The notes: generated by a model from the letters alone, not told the origin. A stretch of 64,000 nucleotides of DNA from an uncultured Armatimonadetes bacterium (GCA_963717145.1 OY970325.1:1760001-1824000), one strand, 5' to 3'; shown: positions 10,112 through 20,670, counted from the stretch's first letter. Numbers and translations: made by a program.

Positions 10112-11077
10112 ATGGCCGCGAGACGATTCCTGAGCAAGCACGCCGCCACCCTGATACTCATCGCTGCCTACGGAGTACTCGTCGCGTACCTGTCGTTCGC
10201 GGCGGACTACTTCGCCACGCTGAACAACGTGACCACGATCGGGCAGACGGTCGCGGTCATCGGCATCATCGCGGCGGCGCAGACGATCGTGATCATCAGC
10301 GGCGGACTCGATCTCTCCGTGGGATCAGTCGTGGCCCTGACCGTCGTGCTGGTATCGCTGCTGGAGAGCAGAGGCGTGCCGATACACGTCGCCTCGCTCG
10401 CGAGCCTCGGAGTCGCAGGACTGGTCGGCGTCGTCAACGGAACGGCGGTCACGCGCCTGCATATCAACGCCTTCATCACGACGCTGGCGACGCTCTCAAT
10501 CGCGAGCGGGCTGGCGTTCGTCCTTTCGAGCGGGCAGACCAACTTGATCGCGTCCTCGGGCTTCAGGCAGCTCGGGATCGGCAGGCTTGCCGGGATTCCG
10601 CTGCCGATCATCATGCTGGCGGTTGTGTTCATCGCCACTCACATTATGCTCACCTCGACGCGCTACGGCAGGGCGATCTATGCGGTCGGCGGGAATGCTG
10701 AGGCGTGCCGGCTCTCCGGCGTCGATGTCGGTCTCGTGAGGAGGCGGGCGTACCTGCTGTCGGCGCTGTCGGCCGGATTCGCGGGACTGATACTCGCCGC
10801 ACAACTCGGAGCAGCCGCCCCGCAAAGCGCCCGGGGATACGAGCTTCAGGTGATCGCCGCCGTGATCCTCGGGGGCACGAGCCTCACGGGCGGCGCGGGG
10901 AATGCGATCGGTACGCTCCTCGGTGTCCTGACGCTCGGCACGCTTAGGAACGGGCTCGATCTGATGCACGTGAACTTCTACTGGCAGGAGGTCGTGATGG
11001 GAGTCGCCCTCGGCGTGGCGGTCTCAGCCGATCGACTCCGCCGACTTCGTACCCCTCGGAGGTCTGAGACATGTTGA
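10112..11077 (+). CDS. Sugar ABC transporter permease (RbsC-like)
   Basis: IISGGLDLSVGS, FITTLA, GRAIYAVGGN.EA..LSG, YEL.VIAAVILGGTSL.GG.G. Confidence 0.93.
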   Translation: MAARRFLSKHAATLILIAAYGVLVAYLSFAADYFATLNNVTTIGQTVAVIGIIAAAQTIVIISGGLDLSVGSVVALTVVLVSLLESRGVPIHVASLASLGVAGLVGVVNGTAVTRLHINAFITTLATLSIASGLAFVLSSGQTNLIASSGFRQLGIGRLAGIPLPIIMLAVVFIATHIMLTSTRYGRAIYAVGGNAEACRLSGVDVGLVRRRAYLLSALSAGFAGLILAAQLGAAAPQSARGYELQVIAAVILGGTSLTGGAGNAIGTLLGVLTLGTLRNGLDLMHVNFYWQEVVMGVALGVAVSADRLRRLRTPRRSETC

Positions 11078-12837
11078 AAACGATGATCGTTTCGCTTCTG
11101 CTCCTGTTCGCTGTCGAGGCCTGTGCCGAACTCAAGGCAGGCGACTGGGCGCGCTACGGATTCGTCCCCGCCAGGCAGGACGCCAAGCCTTCGGTGAAGG
11201 AGATCACCATCACCGTCGGCGTCAGGGAAGGCGGAATGACGTGGTGGGAGATGGCGGTCGAGAAGCCGGACAAGACCACCTTCGCCGTCCGTGTCCTCTC
11301 CGAGCGCGTACCGATGACTTCAGTTGCGGGGGACGGAGTACAACTCCATCCCCAACACCGCTTTGGTCTTGGGGAGGAAAACGACGTTGGGGATGGAGTT
11401 GTACTCCGTCCCCCGCAACTGGCCGACCTCGGCAAGGTGAAGCGATACCTCCTCAGGGACGGCGATCGCCCGTTCATCGAGTACCGGGACAAGTCGACCA
11501 AGGGCCCGCTTCTCCCCGTGTTCGACTTCCATGCCCAACTCATCCCCTGCCCTGCGCCCGAGTCGATCGTCGTCGGACCGTTCGCCACGACCGGCACCTA
11601 TCTCGGCAACGGCGTGCAGATGCTCGAGTCCGGCAAGGGACGATTACTCGAAGGCATCGGTGAGCCGACGGTGCTCATCCTCGACCCCATGCTCATCGTC
11701 GGGACCGGGCGCGCCTTCCGCGACATCGACGAGGGCCGCGTCACCGACCGCAACTATGAGTTCCGCGACTTCACCGCCGAGGAGTACGATGAGATGGTGG
11801 CCGCTGGGACCAACTATTTCATGGGTGGCGACTCCGCGCGCGAGGCGATGATCCGGGAGCGGCCTGCCTTCTATACGAAGTACCCGACCTTCGAGGACTT
11901 CCCGAACATCCTCTACCGCTCGAACTACCAGGGCGCGATCATGTTCACCGATGAGCCCGCCATCCTGACGAACTTCAACGACTGCCGCCACGTGACCGAC
12001 GCCGCGAACCTCCTGCGCCTGACCGTCGCCGCATCCGTCGCCGGTGGCTCGTACTACAGCCCAACGGTCCTCAAGGCTCACTTGCAGCAGGGCGGCGTCT
12101 ACTTCGGCGCGTGGAACCTCCGACAGGACGACATCCCCGCGTGGGAGGCCGTATTCGCGGCTGGCTGGCATGAGATGGAGGGCGGAGTGAGCGGCGTCGT
12201 CCACGAGGGGCGCTACGACATCAAGATGTTCAACTCGGTGCTCAATGGCTTCTTCGGCCAGGGGTTCGAGGTCACGACCGAGGAGATGCTGCGCCTCCAT
12301 TACGCGTTCCTCCGAGGCGCGGCAAGGTGCTTCGACGGGGACTGGGGCACGAGCATCTACGGGCAGGCCGACCCGGCGATCTCACCCCTGGCGATCGAGA
12401 TGGCGTACGACATGGGCGCGCGGTACATCTGGTTCTGGACGAGCGACCACGGCCATCACATGCCCTACAAGGAGCAGCTCGATCTCACCCGGAGGCTCCG
12501 CGCGCACGAGAAGGCCCATCCCCGCCGGCCGATCTCCGAACTGCTGACGAAGCCAAGAGTCGCAGTCGCCTTCCCCGAGGGTTACATCGGGTGGAGCGAG
12601 TTCTGGCCGAACGGGATCTGGAACAACGAGCGCTTCGGGATGGACAGGCGCAATCAGGAGGCCGCCACTTACCGCGCCGTTGTTAGTTCCGCGTTCAAAC
12701 AGGGTATACTACTTGCGAGGAAAGGCACACAGTTCGATTTCGTCGTAGACGGAGATGCCGCCCGGAAGACCGGCTACGACCGCATTATCAGCATCCATAC
12801 CAACGGCACGGTGGAGAACGGCATATCCCCGCTATGA
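11071..12837 (+). CDS. Secreted hypothetical protein containing an in-frame palindrome
   Basis: 588 aa with a signal peptide and coding-like codon usage. A 101-nt inverted repeat at 11321-11421 is translated in frame. Confidence 0.75.
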   Translation: MLKTMIVSLLLLFAVEACAELKAGDWARYGFVPARQDAKPSVKEITITVGVREGGMTWWEMAVEKPDKTTFAVRVLSERVPMTSVAGDGVQLHPQHRFGLGEENDVGDGVVLRPPQLADLGKVKRYLLRDGDRPFIEYRDKSTKGPLLPVFDFHAQLIPCPAPESIVVGPFATTGTYLGNGVQMLESGKGRLLEGIGEPTVLILDPMLIVGTGRAFRDIDEGRVTDRNYEFRDFTAEEYDEMVAAGTNYFMGGDSAREAMIRERPAFYTKYPTFEDFPNILYRSNYQGAIMFTDEPAILTNFNDCRHVTDAANLLRLTVAASVAGGSYYSPTVLKAHLQQGGVYFGAWNLRQDDIPAWEAVFAAGWHEMEGGVSGVVHEGRYDIKMFNSVLNGFFGQGFEVTTEEMLRLHYAFLRGAARCFDGDWGTSIYGQADPAISPLAIEMAYDMGARYIWFWTSDHGHHMPYKEQLDLTRRLRAHEKAHPRRPISELLTKPRVAVAFPEGYIGWSEFWPNGIWNNERFGMDRRNQEAATYRAVVSSAFKQGILLARKGTQFDFVVDGDAARKTGYDRIISIHTNGTVENGISPL

Positions 12838-12926
12838 CCGCGCAGACAGCACGACAACCAGTGCCGGAGTCGAACTCCGGCCACCTGCCCCAGTCCATGG
12901 TCAAGTGTACGAAGGAGTATCCGGCC

Positions 12927-14021
12927 ATGTTGGCGCATCATCATGTGTTTCTGTGGGTCGCTTGTCTGGCGCTACTGTTGTCATGCGCCACGAAGGCGTC
13001 GGTCTTGACACCATCGAAGGGTTGGAGAGCCATCCCCTCGGGCGTCTACGCGTCCAGTCGCGAAGCCGATCTCTCCGCCCTCGTACGTGGAGAGGATGCC
13101 GCGTGGCAGCCGGACCTCAGCCGAAGCGAGTGGTTCGCGTTCAAGCTGCCGGAGGGGAAGCGCTTCCTTCTCACGTTCGCCGTCGCCAAGACCGACTCGA
13201 CGGTCTATGCCGTCCTCGAGCGCTCGACTGATTCGGCGGGAAAGGAATGGGAGCAGTCCGGCGTCGTGACACCCAAGGCCAGGCTCGACAAGTTCACCAT
13301 CGACCGACGGAAGGGCGCGTGGTGGCGGGTGAGATTCACGTTCCGCCAGAAGGTCGTCCCGTGCAAGCTGAACATCAGCGACATCGGCCTCTACAGCCTC
13401 GATGTCCCCCGCCCCGACTACTGGATCGATATCGGCGCGAGCATCCAGGCGCAGAGTATCAAGAACAGCGTGTTCAAGCGGATGGTCAGGGAGCGGTTCC
13501 CCGGCTTCGACCCGGTGATGTTCAATCTCGCGGTCGGCGGCTGGAACTCGGCGCACCTCCGAAAGGCGCTCCCAGGCTTCCTGAAAGACCATCCCGACGC
13601 CCAATACGTCTGCATCCACATCGGCGGCAACAACGTCACGCCGAACCGCCCCTTCCCCGGCGGCGCGGACCAACTGAAGGACGACCTCGTCGCGATACTC
13701 GAGATGATAAAGAAGGCCGGCAAGATCCCCATCCTCTCGCGGCTCTCGTATCGGGCCTACAAGGGCGCGAAGCCCGTCCCGCCCGAAGAGAACGGCTCCG
13801 GCCCTTACGTGACCGCGATCTACGACCCGCTTATCAAGGAGTACTGCCCCGACTTCTTCGACGAATCGACCGGCCGGGGAATCGTGGACGCATACACCTG
13901 GTTCAAGGAGCATCCCGAGGAACTCTCCGCGGACGGCGTCCACGTGAACCCCACCGGCGCGGAGTCGTGGAACCGCCTCTGGGCCGAGCACGCGGGCAAG
14001 GTGGTCTATGCCGGACCGTAG
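12927..14021 (+). CDS. SGNH/GDSL hydrolase family protein
   Basis: Blocks IGASI, NLAVGG, IGGNN and DGVH. AAGGAG RBS before ATG 12927, then a signal-like N-terminus. Confidence 0.8.
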   Translation: MLAHHHVFLWVACLALLLSCATKASVLTPSKGWRAIPSGVYASSREADLSALVRGEDAAWQPDLSRSEWFAFKLPEGKRFLLTFAVAKTDSTVYAVLERSTDSAGKEWEQSGVVTPKARLDKFTIDRRKGAWWRVRFTFRQKVVPCKLNISDIGLYSLDVPRPDYWIDIGASIQAQSIKNSVFKRMVRERFPGFDPVMFNLAVGGWNSAHLRKALPGFLKDHPDAQYVCIHIGGNNVTPNRPFPGGADQLKDDLVAILEMIKKAGKIPILSRLSYRAYKGAKPVPPEENGSGPYVTAIYDPLIKEYCPDFFDESTGRGIVDAYTWFKEHPEELSADGVHVNPTGAESWNRLWAEHAGKVVYAGP

Positions 14022-14044
14022 GGGCGATCCTTCCACGGTCGCCC
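14018..14044 (+). repeat. GTAG-family REP overlapping the stop codon of the SGNH gene
   Basis: gtaggggcgatccttccacggtcgccc; the same REP occurs at 60215, 60275, 62928 and 62992. Confidence 0.9.
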
Positions 14045-14144
14045 GCGTGCCCGGTGTGCCACCGAGTGTCGCGGTTTCCCAAGCGGGTCTGAATGGGCAA
14101 AATGTAAGCGCCACGCGAACGCCGCGTATACCAGGGAGGACACT

Positions 14145-14849
14145 ATGGGCAGATTGAACCGAGTAACAAGAAGCGCATGCACGCTGGCGATGATGCTGGC
14201 GGTCGTTTCGATCGCTTCGACTGTCGCGCATTCCCAACCGGCGACTCCGTCCAGCGGCATAGAAGCCTTCTTCGCCGCCCTGCCCGGCGACTGGATCGGC
14301 ACCGTCTCCCAGTCGACGGATGGGAAGTTCAGCGATACCAAGTACTTCCATGTGGCCACCAAGCAACTGACGCCGGACATCTTCGAGACTGTGTTCACAT
14401 ACTACCGGCTCGACGAGAAGACCGGAGCGCCCGTGCTATCCGGTGTGTCGGGGATGGCGACCAAGATCGATGACTCCGGCCTGGCCACCAATACCTTGAT
14501 AGGCAAGGGAGACATAATGGTCGAGCCCAACTCCTGGAAGACCGAGACGCACGAGATCACCGAACTCCTGCGCACGGCTCCCGCGGGCGGACTGGAGGGG
14601 ACCGGGAGTGGGAAGATAAGCGTGATCGGCATGCCGCTCAACGCCGGGAAGAACGGCAAGGTGAAGGGTTACACCAGCACATGGTCGGTGACTGACGACG
14701 TTCTAAGCATCAGCCAGCGGTTCAAGGTCGCCTTCAAGGTGTTCCTCTTCAGCAAGAGCTACACCATCACCGCCGACTACACCGCGAAGCGAGGAACCGA
14801 CATCGTCGGCCTGATGAAGGACGCCAAGGCCGCACTGCCACCGCCCTGA
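14145..14849 (+). CDS. Secreted hypothetical protein (beta-rich)
   Basis: GGAGG RBS, signal peptide, 234 aa. Confidence 0.75.
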   Translation: MGRLNRVTRSACTLAMMLAVVSIASTVAHSQPATPSSGIEAFFAALPGDWIGTVSQSTDGKFSDTKYFHVATKQLTPDIFETVFTYYRLDEKTGAPVLSGVSGMATKIDDSGLATNTLIGKGDIMVEPNSWKTETHEITELLRTAPAGGLEGTGSGKISVIGMPLNAGKNGKVKGYTSTWSVTDDVLSISQRFKVAFKVFLFSKSYTITADYTAKRGTDIVGLMKDAKAALPPP

Positions 14850-14938
14850 GCCACATCGAGGCAAGGCTGGCCTCCCCATGCACCCCGCCCCATCGACCAC
14901 TCTCTCTGTGCCGCCTGCGCAGACAGTGAGACGATCCC

Positions 14939-14978
14939 TTGACAGCCCTGCTAGATACCCCTAGAATGAGAGTATCTA
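14939..14978 (+). promoter_or_regulatory. Near-consensus sigma70 promoter with overlapping inverted repeat
   Basis: TTGACA(14939)-N17-TAGAAT(14962); TAGATAC-N13-GTATCTA straddles the -10. Confidence 0.75.
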
Positions 14979-14997
14979 CAATGTGGGGTTTCATCAC

Positions 14998-17559
14998 ATG
15001 AAACGGGATGACATCAACGCGGAACTGATCGAGGAGCTGAAGCAGCCGAGCAAGGACTTCACCGGGCGCGTCAAGGAGCTTGCCGAGTTGGACCGACGCG
15101 TGAAGCCCGGGCAGACCGATCACGTCTGGTATATGTACGGCTACGGCGGGGTCGGCAAAAGCGACCTCCTGAAGACGTTCCGGAAGCGTCTCAGGGAGCA
15201 GTCGCTCCCCTGCGCGTATGTCGATCTCGGCTCGATCCAATCGAGGTCGGACATCGAGATGCTCCACGAACTCGCGATCGAACTCGGGATCACCGAGCTA
15301 GGCGGCTTCAACAAGGCGTTCGACCGGTATGACCGCCTCCTCAAAGCTCAGCCGACCGCCGCAGATGCCGTCCGCGAAGTCGGGGGCGCGGTCGGAGCCG
15401 CCGCCGACGCAGTTCGCAAGGTCGTGAGCGCGGGCGGAGCCCCCCCGTCGATGGCGCATCTTCCCAAGGGCAGCTTACTCGACAAGGCCAAGGAGCGTCT
15501 CGCCGGGAAGATGAACGACAATGACCTCCGCTTTCTGACCAACGCGTCGGACGAACTCTTCCGCGCCTTCACCGCCGGCCTCTGCGACTACGTTCAAACC
15601 GAGGGCCGCCAGTTGCCGGTGGTCCTCCTCTTCGATACCTTCGAGCGGGCGTGGGCCGGCCAGCTCGATGCTCTCGACGCGCTGATCCACGCGTGCCTGC
15701 GGGCGGAGCTTCAGGTGCTGTTCGTCATCGCCGGGCGGGACGACCCGGACTCGCTGCGACCGGACGACAAGCGCTGGTGGCAGAAGGGCGAGGTGATGGA
15801 CCCCTACCCGCTCGGCAACCTGGTGGAGGCAAAGGAGTTCCTAGGGAAGAAGGGGGTCACCGAGCCGGAGCTGGTTCGGCGGATATTGAAGCTGACGGGG
15901 GGATTCCCGATGTTCCTCCGCATGGCGTGTGAGGTCGTCGAGCTGACCTCGGGCACGCAGGCCGAGATCGCGAAGGACTTCCCCGAGGGGCGCATGGACG
16001 AGGAGAAGGTGACCCAATACCTTCTCGGCAGGATCCTCGACAGGCTGCCGGAGGGGAAGAACGATCTCAAGGCGGCGGTCAGGCTTCTTCGGCCTCGCGC
16101 GGTGGTTCGACAAGCCGATCCTCGCGCTCCTCATGGGGAACACGGCATTGGAGGTCGCCGACGACTGGGACCTCCTCACGCACACGTCGCTCGTCCGGCG
16201 GTCGGGGCGGCCCGGATGCTGGGAGTTCTACGATCCGATCAGGGACTCGATCCTGAGTGAATGGAAGAGCGCGGGCGGCGAGTCGCTCGAACACCACCGG
16301 AAGCTGGCGGAATATCACACCGGGCACGAGAAAGACTTCGCTCGGGTCAGGGAGCGGCTCTACCATCGCGTGACCTTCGAGCCGGTTGAGACGATCCGGG
16401 AATGGTACGCCTTGTGTAAGTCGTGTCTCGCCTCGATGAGGATCGGCGACTGCGAGGCGCTCCTCGGCGACTCGTTCGCGTACATGATCCCCTGGGACGA
16501 GATGGATCCGGGCGAGGCGGCGGACATTCACTTCGACATGGGCTACGCCCTCGGCAAATATCCGACGAAACGCGCGACGCTGGTGGAGGAGACGATCCGG
16601 CACTACGAAGAGGCACTGGAGTTCTACACGGAGGAAGACTTGCCGCAGGACTGGGCGCTGACTCAGAACAACCTGGGGAAGGCGTATGGGGACCTTCCGA
16701 CGGGCGACAGGGGAGAGAACCTCGGGAAGGCGATCGAATGCTACGAGGCGGCCCTGCGCATCTACACGGAGAAGGACTTCCCGCAGCAATGGGCGATGAC
16801 CCAGAACAACCTGGGGGCTGCGTACCACGACCTGCCCACAGGCGACCGGGGAGAGAACCTCGGGAAGGCGATACTCTGCCACGGGGCGGCCCTGCGCGTC
16901 TTCACGGCGAACGACTTCCCGCAGTACTGGGCGGGGACGCAGAACAACCTGGGACCGCATACTGCGACCTTCCGACCGGCGACAGGGACGAGGACCTCGC
17001 GAAGGCGATCGAATGCTTCCAGGCGGCCCTCCGCGTCGACACGGAGAAGGATTTCCCGCAGCAATGGGCGACGACGCAGAACAACCTCGGGGAAGCATAC
17101 CGAACGCTTCCGACCGGCGATAACGGGGAGAACCTCGGGAACGCGATCCAATGCTTCCAGGCGGCCCTGCGCGTCGCGACAGAGAAGGACTTCCCGCAGC
17201 AATGGGCGACGACGCAGAACAACCTGGGGGCCGCACACTACGACCTTCCGACCGGCGACAGGGGGCAGAACCTCGCGAACGCGATCGAATACTTCCAAGC
17301 GGCCCTGCGCGTCTACACGGAGGAGGACTTCCCCCACGACTGGGCAATGACGCGGTTCAACATGGGCCTCGCTTATCTACACTCGGCCCGGCTTCTCGAA
17401 AGCGCGGATTTGATGCGGCAGGCGGTGGAGTGCTTCCTGGACTCGGCGCGCGGCTACTCGTCCGTCGGCTGCCCCAACGAGGCGGAGATGGCTCGCTCCA
17501 AGGCGGACCAGGTCGAGCAGCAGTTGAACGGGCCATCCGAGGCACCCCCTTCGGACTAG
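14998..17559 (+). pseudogene. STAND-type P-loop NTPase with C-terminal TPR repeats; two frameshifts (about 16085 and 16953), real or assembly error
   Basis: Walker A GYGGVGKS, Walker B VLLFDTFE, VIAGR, TGGFP (GxP). The 46-aa TPR-like repeats WAxTQNNLGxAY..LPTGDRGENL..AI continue across three reading frames. Confidence 0.8.
16630..17355 (+). repeat. 138-bp tandem repeat encoding TPR units
   Basis: cagaacaacct occurs at 16664, 16802, 16940, 17077 and 17215 (spacings 138, 138, 137, 138). Confidence 0.9.
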
Positions 17560-17568
17560 GCACACTCG

Positions 17569-17790
17569 TCAGGCGGCGGGGGCGAGCGTCAGGTTCTCCA
17601 GTACCACCTGCGGCAGTTCACCCTTGCCGAGCACTTCCTTGGCATCGATGATCTCTATGCCGACGAGCGTCTCGTCCGGCCCGATGTTCAGGGCGATCTC
17701 GTCGTTGAGCCTCAGTGTCCGACATTCGCACTCGCCCTCGATCAGGCGGATGTATAGCGCATCGACCTCGGGGTCGTAGGTTATCTTCAT
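17569..17790 (-). CDS. DUF2283 protein (putative antitoxin)
   Basis: MKITYDPEVDALYIRL...LVGIEIIDA signature. Confidence 0.9.
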   Translation of the reverse strand: MKITYDPEVDALYIRLIEGECECRTLRLNDEIALNIGPDETLVGIEIIDAKEVLGKGELPQVVLENLTLAPAA

Positions 17791-17799
17791 CGTGTTCCT

Positions 17800-18054
17800 C
17801 TAGAAGTAATATGTGTAGACTGTGATGACGATGATCTCGCCCTCTTCCTCGCAGATCACGGGGGCGACCTGTTTCACCGGGTAGACCGTCTTCTGCCAGG
17901 TCTCGTTGAACGGGAAGTTGTATCGGCAGATCAACCTCCCCCTCTTTGCCGCTTCGCGCGTCCCATTGAGCACGGCCTGCGCGACCTCTTCTTCTGTCGC
18001 ACCGCGCTCCGAGCATTGTAGTCGGGCATGCGCTGTCAGGCGTATCCGCTTCAT
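17800..18054 (-). CDS. DUF4258 protein (RelE-like putative toxin)
   Basis: LTAHARLQCSERG..EEEV...IIVITVY. Extended -10 TGGTATAAT just upstream; start set at ATG 18054. Confidence 0.85.
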   Translation of the reverse strand: MKRIRLTAHARLQCSERGATEEEVAQAVLNGTREAAKRGRLICRYNFPFNETWQKTVYPVKQVAPVICEEEGEIIVITVYTYYF

Positions 18055-18111
18055 GTTCTTCCCTTTGTCATCCACATTATACCATCAAAGACGCAGGCGA
18101 GGCATACGATG

Positions 18112-20358
18112 CTACCGGACGGGCGAGCCGGGGGGGACTTCCTTGTCGGGCTGGAGGAGGACCGCCGTGCCGTTGAGGTCCGCCGCGAGGAGCATCCCCT
18201 GGGACTCGACGCCTCGGACCGCCCTCGGCGCGAGGTTGGCGACGAGCACGATCTCCCGCCCGATCAAGTCCTCGGGGGCGTACCACTGCGCGACGCCGGC
18301 GACGACCTGGCGCTCCTCCTCGCCGAGGCTCACCCTCAGCTTGAGGAGCTTGTCCGCGCCCTCGACCTTCTCGGCGGCGATGATCTTCGCGACCTTCAAC
18401 TCGATCTTCTTGAACTCGTCGAACGTGAGGTAGGTCTTCTCCTGTACTTGCTCTTCCACGTTTTCCTCCTTGGGGGCATCGCGATGGGACGGATGGGACT
18501 CATGGGACGGATGGGACGCGGCTGACCCCACCCCAGCCCTCCCCGCAACGGAGAGGGAGTCAACTCGCGGGCCGCCGGGGGTGCTCCCTCTCCGTTGCGG
18601 GGAGGGCTGGGGAGGGGTCTCCGGCTTCTGACTCCTGACTTCTGGCTCCTGACTCCTGGTGTCTATCCGCGGGAAGATCGGCTTCGGGACGGCGGTCTGC
18701 GTGCCGGGCCTGAGCTTGCCGACGGTGCGGGCGTCCTCCCACGTCTGATCGGCGAGTGGCTCGTCGATGCCGAGCTGCTCCCAGATCGTCTGGGCGACGC
18801 ACGGCATGAACGGCTGGATCATGATCGCAACCGACCGCACGGTGTCGAGCACGGTGTAAAGCACGGTGTCGAGCCGGGCGGCGCATGACTCGTCCTTCGC
18901 GAGCTTCCATGGGGCCTCGACCTCCATGTACTTGTTCCCCCGCCCGATGACGGTCCAGATCGCGCCGAGTGCCTCGCTGAACTGCAGCTTCTCCATGTGC
19001 TCGACGACGGTGTCGGCCTCGGACTCGACGAGGTTCGTCAGCACGTTTGTATCCCGGTCGCGCGAACCGTAGGGGAGGCCTTCAACGGCCTCCCGTGAGC
19101 CGGCGTCGGAAACATCCCCCGGGAGGCCGTTGAAGGCCTCCCCTACGGTTTGCGGTGACTCGTGCGGGAGGCCGTTGAAGGCCTCCCCTACGGTTTGCGG
19201 CTGAGGCACGATTCCGGCGCGATGCTTGTGCAGGAGGGGAAGCGTGCGATTGAGCAGGTTGCCGAGATCGTTCGCCAGGTCGGCGTTGAAGCGGCCGATA
19301 AGCGCGTTCACCGAGAAGTCGGCGTCGAGGCCGAAGGTCGCCTCGCGCATCATGAAGTACCGGAGCGCGTCCATCGCGATGTCGAACTCCGCGCCCGACC
19401 GTGCGGCAACATCCTCGGCCACCTCGTCGGGGGAGATCGAGTTGCCCTTCGACTTCGAGATCTTCTGCCCGTCGATCGTCCAGAATCCGTGCGCGAATAC
19501 CTTCTTCGGCACGTCAAGACCGAGGCCCATCAGCATCGCGGGCCACATCGTCGCGTGGAAGCGGACGAAGATCTCCTTCGCCATGAGCTGGAGGTCGGGC
19601 GGCCACGTCTCCGTGAGCAGGGCGTCGTCCTGGAGGTAGCCGGCGACGGTCAGGTAGTTCAGCAGCGCGTCGAACCAGACGTAGATCACCTTGTCGGGAT
19701 CGCCGGGGACGGGAATCCCCCACCCGTATGCCTTGCGGCTGATGCAGGCGTCCTTCAGCCCGGACTTGATGAAGGCGAGCACCTCGTTCCGCCGGAAGTC
19801 GGGGCCGAGCACGTCGGGGTTCGCCTCGAAGTACTCGAGCAGGCGGTCACCGTAGGCGGAGAGGCGGAAGAAGTAGTTCTCCTCCTCGACCCAGCGGACT
19901 TCTTTCCGGCACTCGGCGTTCGGGCAGAGGCCGTCGGTGACCTCGGACTCGCGGAAGAATGTCTCGTCGGAGACGCAGTACCAGCCGTGATAGGAATCCT
20001 TGTAGATGTCGCCCTTCTCCATCAGCGTGCGGAAGACGTGCTCGGTCACCATCCGATGGCGCTCCTCGGTCGTGCGGATGAATGCGTCATATGTGACGTG
20101 CATGCGCTTCCACACCTCGATCCACCGGGGAACGATGCCGTCGACGAACTCCTGCGGGGTCTTGCCCTGGGACTGCGCCATCTCGGCGACCTTGATGGCG
20201 TTCTCGTCGGTGCCCGTGGCGAAGAGGACCTTGCGGCCTTGGAGTCGCTTGAAGCGGGCGACGACATCGGCGGCGATCGTCGTCGATGCGTTGCCGACGT
20301 GCGGCATGTCCGTCACGTAGTAGATCGGTGTTGTGATGTAGAAGGTCTTCTCGGGCAC
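18112..20358 (-). CDS. metG: Methionine--tRNA ligase with C-terminal tRNA-binding domain and two repeat-derived insertions
   Basis: FYITTPIYY..PHVGN, TGTDE, YVWFDALLNY, KISKSKGN, LANDLGNLLNR; C-terminal ANLAPR.VRGVESQGMLL. Confidence 0.97.
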   Translation of the reverse strand: MPEKTFYITTPIYYVTDMPHVGNASTTIAADVVARFKRLQGRKVLFATGTDENAIKVAEMAQSQGKTPQEFVDGIVPRWIEVWKRMHVTYDAFIRTTEERHRMVTEHVFRTLMEKGDIYKDSYHGWYCVSDETFFRESEVTDGLCPNAECRKEVRWVEEENYFFRLSAYGDRLLEYFEANPDVLGPDFRRNEVLAFIKSGLKDACISRKAYGWGIPVPGDPDKVIYVWFDALLNYLTVAGYLQDDALLTETWPPDLQLMAKEIFVRFHATMWPAMLMGLGLDVPKKVFAHGFWTIDGQKISKSKGNSISPDEVAEDVAARSGAEFDIAMDALRYFMMREATFGLDADFSVNALIGRFNADLANDLGNLLNRTLPLLHKHRAGIVPQPQTVGEAFNGLPHESPQTVGEAFNGLPGDVSDAGSREAVEGLPYGSRDRDTNVLTNLVESEADTVVEHMEKLQFSEALGAIWTVIGRGNKYMEVEAPWKLAKDESCAARLDTVLYTVLDTVRSVAIMIQPFMPCVAQTIWEQLGIDEPLADQTWEDARTVGKLRPGTQTAVPKPIFPRIDTRSQEPEVRSQKPETPPQPSPQRRGSTPGGPRVDSLSVAGRAGVGSAASHPSHESHPSHRDAPKEENVEEQVQEKTYLTFDEFKKIELKVAKIIAAEKVEGADKLLKLRVSLGEEERQVVAGVAQWYAPEDLIGREIVLVANLAPRAVRGVESQGMLLAADLNGTAVLLQPDKEVPPGSPVR
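18483..18658. repeat. Composite repeat in the metG linker: 9-mer tandem, CCCCACCCCAGCCCTCCCCGCAACGGAGAGGGAG inverted pair, and heptamer tandem
   Basis: gatgggacg-type 9-mers, inverted pair at 18525-18618, ctcctga-type heptamers. Confidence 0.9.
19069..19191. repeat. Three GTAG-REP copies inside metG
   Basis: gtaggggaggccttcaacggcctccc at 19069 (+), 19121-19146 (-) and 19166-19191 (-); a fourth copy lies at 55784-55809. Confidence 0.92.
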
Positions 20359-20376
20359 GCGCTGTTCCTTTCGGAA

Positions 20377-20447
20377 TGGGGAATGGTCTATGGTTAATGG
20401 TTAATGGGGGCCGGCCCCCATTAACCATCAACCATCCACCATTCCCT
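20377..20447. repeat. Heptamer-based (ATGGTTA) palindrome
   Basis: gggaatggtctatggttaatggttaatggggg-ccgg-cccccattaaccatcaaccatccaccattccc. Confidence 0.8.
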
Positions 20448-20670
20448 AGTGATGACATCCTGCGCAGGATGACTTGCTGCAACTCCCGCCGCAGGAGCAT
20501 GATGACGACGATGATCCGTCCGAGCCCTTGCTCACCGAGGAGAACATCGACATCAGCTTCTTCACGTCGCTGTCGCCGCACTTGGAGCAGTTGACATCAG
20601 TCGCGCTGAAGCCGCAAAGCTTCTCGAACCTCGTCCCGCATTTCCTGCACTCAAACTCGTAGATCGGCAC
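20446..20670 (-). CDS. FmdB-family zinc ribbon protein
   Basis: MPIYEFECRKCG..FE....CSKCG..VKKLMS, with a Cys-rich tail. Confidence 0.9.
   Translation of the reverse strand: MPIYEFECRKCGTRFEKLCGFSATDVNCSKCGDSDVKKLMSMFSSVSKGSDGSSSSSCSCGGSCSKSSCAGCHH

Noticed and set aside
16630-17355. Diversity-generating retroelement TR/VR pair
   Set aside because: The repeats are in-frame TPR units, the differences are not evidently adenine-specific, and no reverse transcriptase is present.
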